A DNA stretch of 64,000 bases, from assembly GCA_963711565.1 (NCBI GenBank), contig CAVQEQ010000004.1, positions 640,001 to 704,000 on the forward strand, written 5' to 3'. This DNA comes from an uncultured delta proteobacterium (GTDB taxonomy: Bacteria > Desulfobacterota > Binatia > Binatales > Binataceae). The position numbers and the translations under genes are program-made. The notes under the pieces were generated by a model. It did not search any database. It had not been told where the DNA came from and saw nothing but the letters and a program-made list of their open reading frames with translations. Below are positions 1-9,246 of this stretch, piece by piece (within the stretch, counting starts at the first letter, position 1; the number at the start of each line of letters is the position of its first letter).

Positions 1-1219
1 CGGGAGGTGTTCGATTGATCCGCAACGTCCGCACCAGCGTCGTAATTTGCAGTTGCCTGATCAGGTCCGCGTATATGAGGTACGTTCCGGAAAGCCACTC
101 GTCGCCACCGAGTCCGCTCAGCCGGACTCTAAGATCGTTACGCTCGCCAAGAATTGGCTCGTAATCGGCACACATCAAGTTAGGCTCGTCCGGCAGGTCC
201 TGGTAGTGCGCAACTTGCCGGATAAGTTCCGTGAGTGGAGCCACCCAAGGAGATAGGTAAGTATGGCGATGAGGGTACTGATGCAGGACCTCCTCGACGT
301 ACTCACCTTCAGCCGCCATTTCGGACGTGAAGCGAACCGAGAAGGATTCAAAACTCGGCATCTGTACTTCGCCGTGCCGGCGTAGATGTTCGGTCAGACA
401 AACTATCGATGAGGAATCGAGCCCGCCACTCAGGTCTGAAGCAACTCCTTTGTTACTGCGAAGCCGGCATTGCAGCGCTTCCTTGAACAGCGAAAGAAAA
501 TGCTCGGCGTATTCGTCGTCGCTCCGATAGACGATCTCTCGTGAGGGGTCCAGATCGTAATACCGGCGACATTCCACGGCGCGCGCGCTGACGCACATAT
601 AATGAGCCGGCTCGAGGCGGAGGATACCGTCGAAGAGTGTCTCCTGCCGATCAACCGGCATCCTTACCAGAACGTCGGCTACCGCAGGCTCGTTAGGTTT
701 TCGCGGGACCCTTCGATCCTGGAACAGTTGATGTAGCTCCGAGGCGCATAGAAAGAATCCTTGGCCCTTGAAGTAATAGAAAGGTTTTACTCCCAGAGGA
801 TCACGAGCACAGAAGAGCGTTCGCTTCGATGGGTCCCACAGAGCGAACGCGAAATCGCCTATTAGTTTTGCCGGGGCTTCCAGACCCCAGCACTGCCACG
901 CCCGAAGCACTATTTCGGCGTCCGTGCCCGTGCGAACAGGATAACCGCGAGAACCCAGCTCGGCACTGAGTTCAACACTGTTATCCACCCGCCCGTCCAT
1001 CGATAGAACGAGGCCGCTGCTTTCATCCACGAACGGGCTGGTTTCAGTTAGAGCTTCGGGCGTAGTAACGAGCTTCGCATGCCCAATCGCGACCGGGCCG
1101 TTGATCCATACGCCGGAGCCGTCAACTGAACGATAGGGGATGACGCCGAGCATCCGCTCGACAGTCGAGCGGTCGGCTGGAGCCCCGTCGAACTGATAGA
1201 GGACCGCGATGCCGCTCAT
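1..1219 (-). CDS. Asparagine synthetase-like lasso peptide cyclase (protein C), 3' end runs off the window
   Basis: Hand translation from ATG at 1219: MSGIAVLYQFDGAPADRSTVERMLGVIPYRSVDG... with DGRVDN, IGDFAFALWD, RDPLGVKPFYY, SDLSGGLDSSSI and SGLGGDE motifs. Open to the window edge, so absent from the ORF track. Ser2 replaces the Ntn Cys2; adjacent to PqqD and B2 genes. Confidence 0.88.
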   Translation of the reverse strand, partial: MSGIAVLYQFDGAPADRSTVERMLGVIPYRSVDGSGVWINGPVAIGHAKLVTTPEALTETSPFVDESSGLVLSMDGRVDNSVELSAELGSRGYPVRTGTDAEIVLRAWQCWGLEAPAKLIGDFAFALWDPSKRTLFCARDPLGVKPFYYFKGQGFFLCASELHQLFQDRRVPRKPNEPAVADVLVRMPVDRQETLFDGILRLEPAHYMCVSARAVECRRYYDLDPSREIVYRSDDEYAEHFLSLFKEALQCRLRSNKGVASDLSGGLDSSSIVCLTEHLRRHGEVQMPSFESFSVRFTSEMAAEGEYVEEVLHQYPHRHTYLSPWVAPLTELIRQVAHYQDLPDEPNLMCADYEPILGERNDLRVRLSGLGGDEWLSGTYLIYADLIRQLQITTLVRTLRINRTPP

Positions 1220-1265
1220 CGAGAGGAAACGCCGACGCGACGACCCGATGCCCCCGCAGAGGGGT

Positions 1266-1550
1266 TCACTTCGATTTGCCTCCAGGCTGCGCGGCGAACT
1301 GCACAAGACCCCTTTCGACCAGTCGTTTCACGAGGTCGTCGAGGTCATGCCGTAGTTCATCGGGCGCGACGTCGAACTGCTGCTTGAGCGCTTCGAAGGC
1401 TTTTTCAACGGAACCGTGTTCGACGAGCTCGCGCCATATCTGGCCGCCGGCGCCGTCGAGGCCGAAGTACACGCCGGTTTCGACGTTCAAGATGACCACA
1501 TCGCCGCCGAGCTCCCGCCACGTAACGCCATCGCTGATCTCGATGTGCAT
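1266..1550 (-). CDS. PqqD-family RiPP recognition element (lasso B1/E protein)
   Basis: VVILNVETGVYFGLDGAGGQIW...DLDDLVKRLVERGLV is PqqD-like. Start moved to the ATG at 1550, which has an AAGGA RBS. Confidence 0.9.
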   Translation of the reverse strand: MHIEISDGVTWRELGGDVVILNVETGVYFGLDGAGGQIWRELVEHGSVEKAFEALKQQFDVAPDELRHDLDDLVKRLVERGLVQFAAQPGGKSK

Positions 1551-1658
1551 CAAGCTTTCCTTTGGAATGGATGTGGGCCGTTGCTTTTTCAAGGTACGCG
1601 CCGAGTGTCTCAGTATGTCAGAAGGAGCGGGGGATCGGACAGAAGGGGTTTGCAACGC

Positions 1659-2150
1659 TCAGGGATTTTCGACCGACGATGGCGCTCGCGCAATGCCATC
1701 AGCCGGATCGAGCCTGTCGCTCTTACCATAGTGCTCGCCGACCGGCATCGCAGCGTAGTTCCGATGTTCACCTTCGCCGGTGATAATTCGGTCGCCGCAT
1801 TCGAGCCATGCATGGCCGTGGAGAATATCCGGTGAATCCTTCGCGATTCCGATCCGAAGTTGGCTGATGACACCTCGACGCGCAAGCATCGCGCGCCCCG
1901 CGATCGCTTTCACCAGGCAATTTTTCCCGGTTGGCACGATACGACCGGCCGTCTCAACCGCCCAACCGACCTTTGCGGTATCGGTATCTGGAAACACCGG
2001 CTCAATCCTGGGAGCAAGCGGTCGCAGAATTTCGCGGACAGGAACGAACGTCACCGCAATCCGAGCCTTGACGATCGAGATCATCGCCGACGCCAGCAGT
2101 CGGCGATCGGCCGCCGGCAGTTTGAGAAATTTATGCAACCGCGATCGCAT
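1659..2150 (-). CDS. Lasso peptide biosynthesis B2 protein (transglutaminase-like leader peptidase)
   Basis: NCLVKAIAGRAMLARRG...LRIGI...HGHAWLE Cys/His catalytic motifs of B2 proteins. Confidence 0.9.
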   Translation of the reverse strand: MRSRLHKFLKLPAADRRLLASAMISIVKARIAVTFVPVREILRPLAPRIEPVFPDTDTAKVGWAVETAGRIVPTGKNCLVKAIAGRAMLARRGVISQLRIGIAKDSPDILHGHAWLECGDRIITGEGEHRNYAAMPVGEHYGKSDRLDPADGIARAPSSVENP

Positions 2151-2220
2151 CAATGAACACTTATCAACGAGCTTAGACGTGCCGGGCGAGCGATGGCAAC
2201 AACGGGATTGCGACCGTCAA

Positions 2221-2248
2221 GATTGTTCCCCTCCTTGCCGGGGGCTAG
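2221..2248 (-). repeat. Degenerate copy of the CCCCT..AGGGGAACAA palindromic repeat family
   Basis: Reverse complement reads ctagcccccggcaaggaggggaacaatc and shares GGGGAACAATC with the copy at 52277-52320. Confidence 0.4.
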
Positions 2249-2263
2249 CTTTCTCGGACGATC

Positions 2264-3496
2264 ATGCTGAATCCGGTCAACCGATGGTTCCCGCGAAGTG
2301 CGACGACCGATGCCCGCCTGTTGCTGGTGACGCGCGCGCTGCGCGGCTTGGCCGACGGCGCGGTAAGCGTGCTGCTGCCGGGCTATCTCACGGCGATCGG
2401 ATTCAGTCCGCTGCGGGTCGGCGCGATCGTGTTCGGCACGCTGCTCGGCTCGGCGGCGCTCACGCTGTGGGTAGGTCTGGCGACCGATCGATTGGGCCGG
2501 CGTCGAGTGCTGCTGGCGGCGTGCGCGCTGATGCTGCTGACGGGGATCGGATTCGCCACGACGGTAAGCTTCTGGCCGCTGTTCGTTGTGGCCGTCGTCG
2601 GCACGCTGAATCCTTCCGCCGGCGATGTCAGCCTGTTTCTGCCGGTCGAGCAGGCCGCGCTGGCCGAGGCGGCGGAGCCGCGCGATCTTACGGCGATGTT
2701 CGCGCTGTACAACGTCGCGGGGGCGCTGGCGGGCGCGTTTGGCGCGCTCGCCAGCGGCGTGCCCGCGATACTCGCGGCACGCCACGGATGGGCGCTCGCG
2801 CCGGCGCTGCGATCGGGTTTCGTCGCGTACTCGATCATCGCGGTGATCGCCTTCCCGGTTTATCGGCGGCTCTCGCCTGACATCGAAATCGAGCGCCAGC
2901 CGATCAAGGCCGCGCCGCTGGCGAACTCGCGCGCAATCGTCTATCGCCTTTCGGCGCTGTTTAGTATCGACTCGTTCGGCGGCGGATTTACGATTCAATC
3001 GTTGCTGGCACTGTGGCTGTTCCGCCGCTTCAACCTCTCGATCCAGGTGGCGGGTGCGTTTTTCTTTGCGGCGGGATTGCTCGGATCGCTTTCACAGTTC
3101 GTTTCGGCGGCGCTGGCGGCGCGGTTCGGCCGGATCAACACGATGGTGTTCAGCCATCTGCCGGCGAATGCGATGCTCATAGTCGCCGCGCTGATGCCGA
3201 CGCCGGCGCTGGCGATGACCTTTCTGCTGCTGCGCTCGTCGATGTCGCAGATGGACGTTCCCGCGCGCCAGTCCTACGTGATGGCGGTGGTGCCGCCCGA
3301 GGAACGCGCGGCGGCGGCGACGGTAACGAATGTGCCGCGCAGCCTGGCGTCAGCGTTGGCGCCGTTGCCGGCGGGCGCGATGCTGAATCACTCGTCGTTC
3401 GGCTGGCCGTTGATCTGCGCAGGAGCGCTGAAAACGATCTACGACATCTTACTGCTGATCCAGTTTCGCGCCGTAAAACCTTCCGACGAATCGTGA
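2264..3496 (+). CDS. MFS transporter
   Basis: 410 aa with about 12 hydrophobic segments and MFS motif A (GLATDRLGRRRVL). Confidence 0.9.
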   Translation: MLNPVNRWFPRSATTDARLLLVTRALRGLADGAVSVLLPGYLTAIGFSPLRVGAIVFGTLLGSAALTLWVGLATDRLGRRRVLLAACALMLLTGIGFATTVSFWPLFVVAVVGTLNPSAGDVSLFLPVEQAALAEAAEPRDLTAMFALYNVAGALAGAFGALASGVPAILAARHGWALAPALRSGFVAYSIIAVIAFPVYRRLSPDIEIERQPIKAAPLANSRAIVYRLSALFSIDSFGGGFTIQSLLALWLFRRFNLSIQVAGAFFFAAGLLGSLSQFVSAALAARFGRINTMVFSHLPANAMLIVAALMPTPALAMTFLLLRSSMSQMDVPARQSYVMAVVPPEERAAAATVTNVPRSLASALAPLPAGAMLNHSSFGWPLICAGALKTIYDILLLIQFRAVKPSDES

Positions 3497-3498
3497 TT

Positions 3499-3565
3499 TG
3501 CCGATGCGGCGCTGGCGACGAGATTTTTCTGCTGCTGCTGGGCTCGTCGATGTCGCAGATTTGAC
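3499..3565 (+). repeat. Degenerate direct repeat of an internal MFS segment (3195-3256)
   Basis: tgccgatgcggcgctggcgacgagatttttctgctgctgctgggctcgtcgatgtcgcagatttgac aligns to tgccgacgccggcgctggcgatgacctttctgctgctgcgctcgtcgatgtcgcagatggac; 19 bp exact core gctcgtcgatgtcgcagat. Confidence 0.8.
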
Positions 3566-3639
3566 ACGAAATCGAGACAGTGGTCACCATATAGAAAGTA
3601 TCACTCAGATCACTACCTCATCTGACAAGAGAAATTTTC

Positions 3640-4492
3640 ATGCAAACGATTCGCTACCTTTCCGCCGAGGCTAACGGCCTGAAGATTTCGTATCGCGAAG
3701 CGGGACCGACGGACGCTCCGACAGTGCTCTTGTTACACGGGTTTCCGACTGCCGGGCATATGTTCCGCGACTTGATTCCGCTTCTCGCCGACAGTTTTCA
3801 TCTCGTGGCGCCTGACCTGCCGGGCTTTGGTCAGTCGGACCTGCCCCCACGTGAAAAGTTCAAATACACGTTCGACAACCTGGCTGAGACGATCGGCCAA
3901 TTCATCGAGAATATCGGGCTCAAACGTTTCGCGATCTACATCTTTGATTATGGCGCGCCCGTCGGCTTGAGGATTGCTCTGAAGCATCCGGAACGCATAT
4001 CGGCCATCGTCTCCCAGAACGGCAACGCCTACGAGGAAGGATTGAGCGACGGCTGGAACTCGATCCGGGCATATTGGGAAGACCCATCGCAGGCGAATCG
4101 CGACGCACTTCGCGCCTTCCTCAAGCCCGAGACCACCGTCACGCAATACACGCACGGGGTCTCCGACACGACCAGGGTTTCGCCGGACGGCTACTCGCTC
4201 GATAACTTCTACCTGGCGCGGCCTGGTGCGGACGAGGCACAGCTCGACCTGTTCGGCGACTACAAGAACAACGTCGCGCTTTACCCGGCCTTCCAGAAGT
4301 ATTTCCGAGACCACAAGCCGCCATTGCTAGCCGTTTGGGGAAAGAACGACCCGTTCTTCCTGCCAGCGCGCCGAGGCTTTCAAGCGGGATATGCCGGACG
4401 CAGTTGTGCGCTTCTTCGATACCGGGCACTTCGCGCTGGAGACGCACGCCGCCGAGATCGCGGCGGCGATCCGCGATTTTCTTGGTCGCTGA
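3640..4492 (+). CDS. Alpha/beta hydrolase (epoxide hydrolase-like), apparent frameshift near 4367
   Basis: HGFP and FDYGAP motifs. The expected C-terminus (AEAFKRDMPDAVVRFFDTGHFALETH...DFLGR*) with the catalytic His lies in another frame ending at TGA 4490-4492. Confidence 0.85.
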
Positions 4493-4578
4493 TTTCGCAA
4501 CTCGGGCGGCCGCACCTCGCGCGAGCTGATGTGCCGGTAGTAATTCCAAGGCCGTGAAACCAATTGGAGTGCAATCAG

Positions 4579-5274
4579 ATGGCTTCTCTTCCTCTAATTG
4601 TCTTCGACGTGAATGAGACGCTACTCGATCTCACGACCATGGAGCCGACGTTTGAGCGTATCTTCGGCGACAAAGGCGCCATGCGCTTTTGGTTCGCTAA
4701 CCTCATTATGTATTCCTCAGCTCTGACGGTCGCCGGGTGCTACGTGCCCTTCACTGATATCGGTACGGCTGTGATGAAGATGCTGGCCGACACGCGCGGG
4801 ATCAGGATTCAGGATGCGGATAGGAAGGAACTCGTCGAAAAATTCTCGACGATGCCTCCCCATCCGGAAGTACTGGCAGCGCTTAACAAGCTCCGCGAGG
4901 CCGGATTCCGGCTGTTCACGCTGACAGACAATTTGCCGGAGGTGCAGACGCGTCAACTCGAACACGGCGGGATTGCCCATTTCTTCGAGCGGCGTTTCAG
5001 CGCGGACGGCGTCAAGCATCACAAGCCCTCGCCGCAGGCCTACGCTTATGTTCAGAGGGAACTCGGAGTCGAGCCGTCTCAGCTCTGCCTTATCGCTTGC
5101 CACACATGGGACACCCTCGGCGCTGTCGCCGCGGGCTGGAAGGCGGCCTTGATCAAGCGGGTGGGGAACGACGTGCTGGGAGTGGGTCCGCAGCCGCAGA
5201 TCGTCGGTGCAAACCTGGACGACGTCGCGGATCAGTTGATCGCGCAGCGCGAGGAGAGAACGAATGTCGCGTGA
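4579..5274 (+). CDS. Haloacid dehalogenase type II
   Basis: IVFDVNETLLD motif I, HKPSPQAY, IACHTWDTLGA. Confidence 0.88.
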   Translation: MASLPLIVFDVNETLLDLTTMEPTFERIFGDKGAMRFWFANLIMYSSALTVAGCYVPFTDIGTAVMKMLADTRGIRIQDADRKELVEKFSTMPPHPEVLAALNKLREAGFRLFTLTDNLPEVQTRQLEHGGIAHFFERRFSADGVKHHKPSPQAYAYVQRELGVEPSQLCLIACHTWDTLGAVAAGWKAALIKRVGNDVLGVGPQPQIVGANLDDVADQLIAQREERTNVA

Positions 5275-5959
5275 GAATGTGACTGTTGTGCTGGTGCACG
5301 GCGCCTGGGCTGACGGATCGAGCTGGGCCAAAGTCATCGGGCCGCTGGCTGCCGAAGGAGTCGGGGTGCTCGCGGCGCCGTTGCCCCTGACTTCGTTTGC
5401 TGAGGATTGCGCGGCCGTTGAGCGCACGCTTGAGCGAGCTTCGGGGCCGGTCGTCCTCGCCGGTCACGCCTACGCCGGAGCCGTGATCGGGGCTGCACGG
5501 AATGAGAAGGTGAAGGCGCTCGTTTACGTCGCCGCGCTTGCTCCGGACGAGGGCGAGACTGTCGCCGATGTCTTCTATCGTACCAAGCCTCATCCGCTGG
5601 CTCCAAAGTTGGCGCCGGACAATCATGGACTGATCTATCTGCCGCGCGAGGCATTCGCCACGGCGTTCGCGCAGAATGCTTCCGCTGATGAATTGGCGGT
5701 GCTCTCCGCGGTTCAGCGGCCGCTTTCACCCGCATGCATCTCGGTTGCTTTGAATCGTCCGCAGTGGAAAGACCGCCCAAGCTGGTTTCTGATGGCGGAG
5801 CAGGACCGCATGATCGTCTACGAGACGCAGCGCTTCATGGCGGAGCGGATGCACGCTCGCGCGCGGTCGCATCCGGTGGACCACGCGCCGATCGTCACTG
5901 CGCCTGGCCTCGTCGTCGAAATCATACGCGAGGCCGTTGCGGACGCGATCGGCGGCTGA
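5264..5959 (+). CDS. Alpha/beta hydrolase (Abhydrolase_6)
   Basis: VLVHGAWADGSSW; GHAYAG at the nucleophile elbow (Ala in place of the usual Ser); C-terminal DHAP. Confidence 0.85.
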   Translation: MSRENVTVVLVHGAWADGSSWAKVIGPLAAEGVGVLAAPLPLTSFAEDCAAVERTLERASGPVVLAGHAYAGAVIGAARNEKVKALVYVAALAPDEGETVADVFYRTKPHPLAPKLAPDNHGLIYLPREAFATAFAQNASADELAVLSAVQRPLSPACISVALNRPQWKDRPSWFLMAEQDRMIVYETQRFMAERMHARARSHPVDHAPIVTAPGLVVEIIREAVADAIGG

Positions 5960-5992
5960 CAAATCCATCGTCATCATTAGGGAGACGGGCCA

Positions 5993-7390
5993 ATGGCTGA
6001 CGCAGAAAAATACGAGATTCTAGTTTTGGGAAGCGGAGAAGCCGGAAAGTGGACAGCCTGGACGATGGCCGACGAGGGTCATCGCACTGCGATGGTCGAG
6101 CGGAAATGGCTCGGCGGTTCGTGCCCGAATATCGCGTGCCTGCCGAGCAAGAACGTGATCTACTCCGCGCGAGTCGCATCGCTGGCGCGGCGCGGCGCTG
6201 AATTCGGACTGGAAATGGATCAGCTCCGAATCAACATGGCCGGCGTTCAGCAGCGCAAACGCAAGATGGTCGAAGAGGAACATCAGTTCCACGCCAAACG
6301 TACCGCGGACGCCGGAATTGATTTGATCATGGGCGAAGGCCGTTTTGTCGCTCCGAGAACGATCGAGGTGAGGCTCAACGATGGCGGCGTTCGACGGATT
6401 GCCGGCGAGCGTGTGTTCCTAGACCTGGGTTCGCGCTCGACAATGCCCAATGTTCCCGGGCTTGCCGCCGCGAGTCCGATGACCCATATCGAGGCGCTCG
6501 ATCTCGATCGTCTGCCACGTCATCTCGTAGTGATTGGCGGCGGTTATATCGGCCTTGAACTCGCGCAGGCGGTAAGGCGGTTCGGATCGGAGGTGACCGT
6601 GATCGAACAAGGCGCGCAGCTCGCCGATCGGGAAGATCCCGACGTCGGCGCCGCTCTGCTTGATTTGTTTCAAGACGAAGGAATCGAGGTGTTGCTCGGC
6701 GCTCATGTAACCAAGGTTGAGGGACATTCAGGGAAAGAGGTTCGGATCTACGCAAAAGACGGTCCCGGTGAACGGATCGTCGAAGGGACCGATCTTCTCG
6801 TCTCCGTCGGGCGGACGCCGAATACGAAAGGAATAGGACTAGAGCAGGTCGGCGTCGAGCTCGACGAACGTGGCTATATCAAGGTCAACGAGCGGCTGGA
6901 GACGACCGCATCCAATGTGTGGGCGATGGGCGATTGCGCGGGCAGTCCGCAATTCACACACGTCGCGTACCACGACTTCCGTGTCGTGCGTGACAACTTG
7001 AAGGGCGGCAACCGATCCACGAAGGATCGCATCGTGCCGTTTTGCATGTTCACCGATCCGGAACTGGCACGCGTCGGCCGCAACGAGACCGAGGCGAAGC
7101 GCGACAAGATCGAATATCGCGTCGCGAAACTGCCGATGGTGAACGTGCTCCGCACCCATACGATTGCCGAACCGCGCGGTTTCATGAAGATGCTGCTCGG
7201 CAAAGAGAGCGACGAAATCCTCGGGTTCACCGCGTTTGGTATCGAAGCAAGCGAGCTGATGGCGGCAGTTCAGACCGCGATGGTTGGGCGATTGCCCTAC
7301 ACCGTGTTGCGCGACGCGATCTTCGCTCACCCGACAATGTCCGAGGGCCTGGTATATCTGCTAGGACAAGTCGAAAGCGCCAAGGGTTAG
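5993..7390 (+). CDS. Class I pyridine nucleotide-disulfide oxidoreductase (RclA/mercuric reductase-like)
   Basis: GSGEAG FAD-binding motif, GGSCPNIACLPSK redox disulfide, GGGYIG, C-terminal HPTMSE; no MerA C-terminal Cys pair. Confidence 0.88.
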   Translation: MADAEKYEILVLGSGEAGKWTAWTMADEGHRTAMVERKWLGGSCPNIACLPSKNVIYSARVASLARRGAEFGLEMDQLRINMAGVQQRKRKMVEEEHQFHAKRTADAGIDLIMGEGRFVAPRTIEVRLNDGGVRRIAGERVFLDLGSRSTMPNVPGLAAASPMTHIEALDLDRLPRHLVVIGGGYIGLELAQAVRRFGSEVTVIEQGAQLADREDPDVGAALLDLFQDEGIEVLLGAHVTKVEGHSGKEVRIYAKDGPGERIVEGTDLLVSVGRTPNTKGIGLEQVGVELDERGYIKVNERLETTASNVWAMGDCAGSPQFTHVAYHDFRVVRDNLKGGNRSTKDRIVPFCMFTDPELARVGRNETEAKRDKIEYRVAKLPMVNVLRTHTIAEPRGFMKMLLGKESDEILGFTAFGIEASELMAAVQTAMVGRLPYTVLRDAIFAHPTMSEGLVYLLGQVESAKG

Positions 7391-7439
7391 TGGGAGGGAG
7401 ATGGCCATCGTCTTGTGTGCGCCAGGAAGCAGCACAATG

Positions 7440-8306
7440 CTATGCGCGCAGCGTAACCATACCGTCGCGAATTGCCAAGCGGCCTTCGCCGCTTAAGACC
7501 TCGAAGAAGACGGCGGCGCCGGCGCGCGCCTGTACGCGCACGGTCAGCGTCGAGGGCATCGTCACCATCGCAGCGAAACGCGCCGCGACTCTTTCTACTC
7601 GAGCAGGGTCCTTGCCTGCGACGCTCTCGACTATTCGCGATACCGCCAGCGCGAGCGTTGCCGTCCCGTGCAGAATGATCTCGGGCAGGCCGGCCGCGCG
7701 CGCAACCGACGCGTCGGTGTGTATCGGATTAAAGATTCGCGCGCACTCCGTGTAGATGTGCGCCATGCCGGCTGGCACGTCAACCTGGCATTCGGAAAGG
7801 GGCTCGCCTTCCTCGACGATCGGCTCGGTCGGCGCGGGCGGAAACTTCGGCGGCAGGTCAGGGCCAACGACTTCGACTCCCCGATAGAGCGCGCCATACC
7901 AGGTCGTGCAAACCGGCTTGCCTGTCTCGTCGATCGTGTCGAGCCGCGTCACCACGTAGGCGCCGGGTTTGCGCCGCTCGACGCCCGCGACCGTGAGCCG
8001 CGTCGTCAGCCGCTCGGGCGGCTTAATCGAGCGATACAGCACAGTGTCATGCGTCGCGTGCACGGCGCGCATCGCCTCGTCGCGCGTGAGCGAGGTGGAT
8101 TTCTCGAACTGCGCGCGCATCGCGACCTGCGCCGGCCATTCGAAGCAGACTGGGAACATCGGATGCGGAATGACGCCACGATTGGTGTCCATGTAACAGG
8201 GCATCGCGTCGCCGAGTGCGGCGGCATAGGCCATCGTCCAGCGCGAATCGATCTCGCTGACCATTGGCGCGCCCGCGATTCCGACGATCGACGACTCAAG
8301 CGGCAT
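7440..8306 (-). CDS. MaoC-like double hot-dog dehydratase/hydratase
   Basis: FNPIHTD...AGLPEIILHGTAT hydratase-2 motif plus an N-terminal MaoC_N-like domain. Confidence 0.85.
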   Translation of the reverse strand: MPLESSIVGIAGAPMVSEIDSRWTMAYAAALGDAMPCYMDTNRGVIPHPMFPVCFEWPAQVAMRAQFEKSTSLTRDEAMRAVHATHDTVLYRSIKPPERLTTRLTVAGVERRKPGAYVVTRLDTIDETGKPVCTTWYGALYRGVEVVGPDLPPKFPPAPTEPIVEEGEPLSECQVDVPAGMAHIYTECARIFNPIHTDASVARAAGLPEIILHGTATLALAVSRIVESVAGKDPARVERVAARFAAMVTMPSTLTVRVQARAGAAVFFEVLSGEGRLAIRDGMVTLRA

Positions 8307-8392
8307 AACAGCTACATCTAGCCGCGGCTCGCCGCCGCGTCCACCGTTTTCACCAATAGCGGAGTCAGTTCTGCGGTTGTAACCTGTCAGCT

Positions 8393-9211
8393 ATGACGAT
8401 CGACGATCGGGATCCCAACGCCTACTACCAGAGCAAGCTGGGTGTCGAATTCTACGACTTCTTCACCGGCGACGCGCATAACAATGGACCCGTAAAAGGC
8501 AACGTCGCCTTTTACATCGAGTGCGCGCGCGAGTTCGGCGCCCCAGTGCTGGAGCTGGCGACGGGAACCGGACGGGTGCTGTGGCAGATAGCGGCAGCAG
8601 GATTCGAGATTGTCGGCATCGACATTTCAGACGAGATGCTCGCATTGGCGCGAGCGAAGGCTTCCAGGGAATCTGCCGATACCCGCAGCAGGGTGCGTCT
8701 CCATCGGATGGACATGACTTCATTTCACCTGGACCAATCGTTCAGGCTGGCAATCATCCCTTTTCGAGCGTTTCAGCATCTGACGCTGCCTGAGCAGCAA
8801 CGCCAGGCTTTGCGATGTGTGCATCGGAGCCTTATCCCGGGCGGCCACTTCGTGATCGACGTGTTCGATCCTCGGCTGGAGCACTGCGTGCCTGGCGCCG
8901 CGTCGCTCAACCCGGAACGCCGGCTGAAGGACCCGAAGACGGGGCATACCGTGGTGCGACGAGTCCTCGAGCGCATCAACGATCCCGTTCGTCAGCTCGT
9001 AACCGAGACATTCCGAATCGAGGAATCGGATGAGGGCGGAGTAACGCTCTCCTCGGAGGAGAGCTCGTGGACGCTTAGATGGTCAACACGGCAAGAGATG
9101 AAGTACCTGTTCGAGTTGACGGGATTCGAAGTGATAGCCGAGTACTCGGACTTCTTCCGCGCGCCTCCAGCCTACGGCAAAGAGCAGTTGTGGATTCTAC
9201 GCAAGGTCTGA
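8393..9211 (+). CDS. Class I SAM-dependent methyltransferase
   Basis: VLELATGTGR motif I, GIDISDEML, LIPGGHF. Confidence 0.88.
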   Translation: MTIDDRDPNAYYQSKLGVEFYDFFTGDAHNNGPVKGNVAFYIECAREFGAPVLELATGTGRVLWQIAAAGFEIVGIDISDEMLALARAKASRESADTRSRVRLHRMDMTSFHLDQSFRLAIIPFRAFQHLTLPEQQRQALRCVHRSLIPGGHFVIDVFDPRLEHCVPGAASLNPERRLKDPKTGHTVVRRVLERINDPVRQLVTETFRIEESDEGGVTLSSEESSWTLRWSTRQEMKYLFELTGFEVIAEYSDFFRAPPAYGKEQLWILRKV

Positions 9212-9246
9212 GCAGGGACCAAGGTAAGCGGGAATTTCCGCGGAAT

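Noticed and set aside
1-1265. Apparent ORF desert suggesting non-coding or recoded DNA
   Set aside because: It is one continuous minus-strand reading frame (cyclase) that runs off the window edge.
1610-2220. Short ORFs near B1/B2 as lasso precursors (MVRATGSIRL..., MTVAIPLLPSLARHV)
   Set aside because: No YxxP leader, penultimate Thr or ring-forming Asp/Glu; the apparent AAGGAGG RBS is part of a degenerate palindromic repeat.
5993-7390. Mercuric reductase MerA
   Set aside because: No C-terminal Cys-Cys, no NmerA domain, no mer operon.
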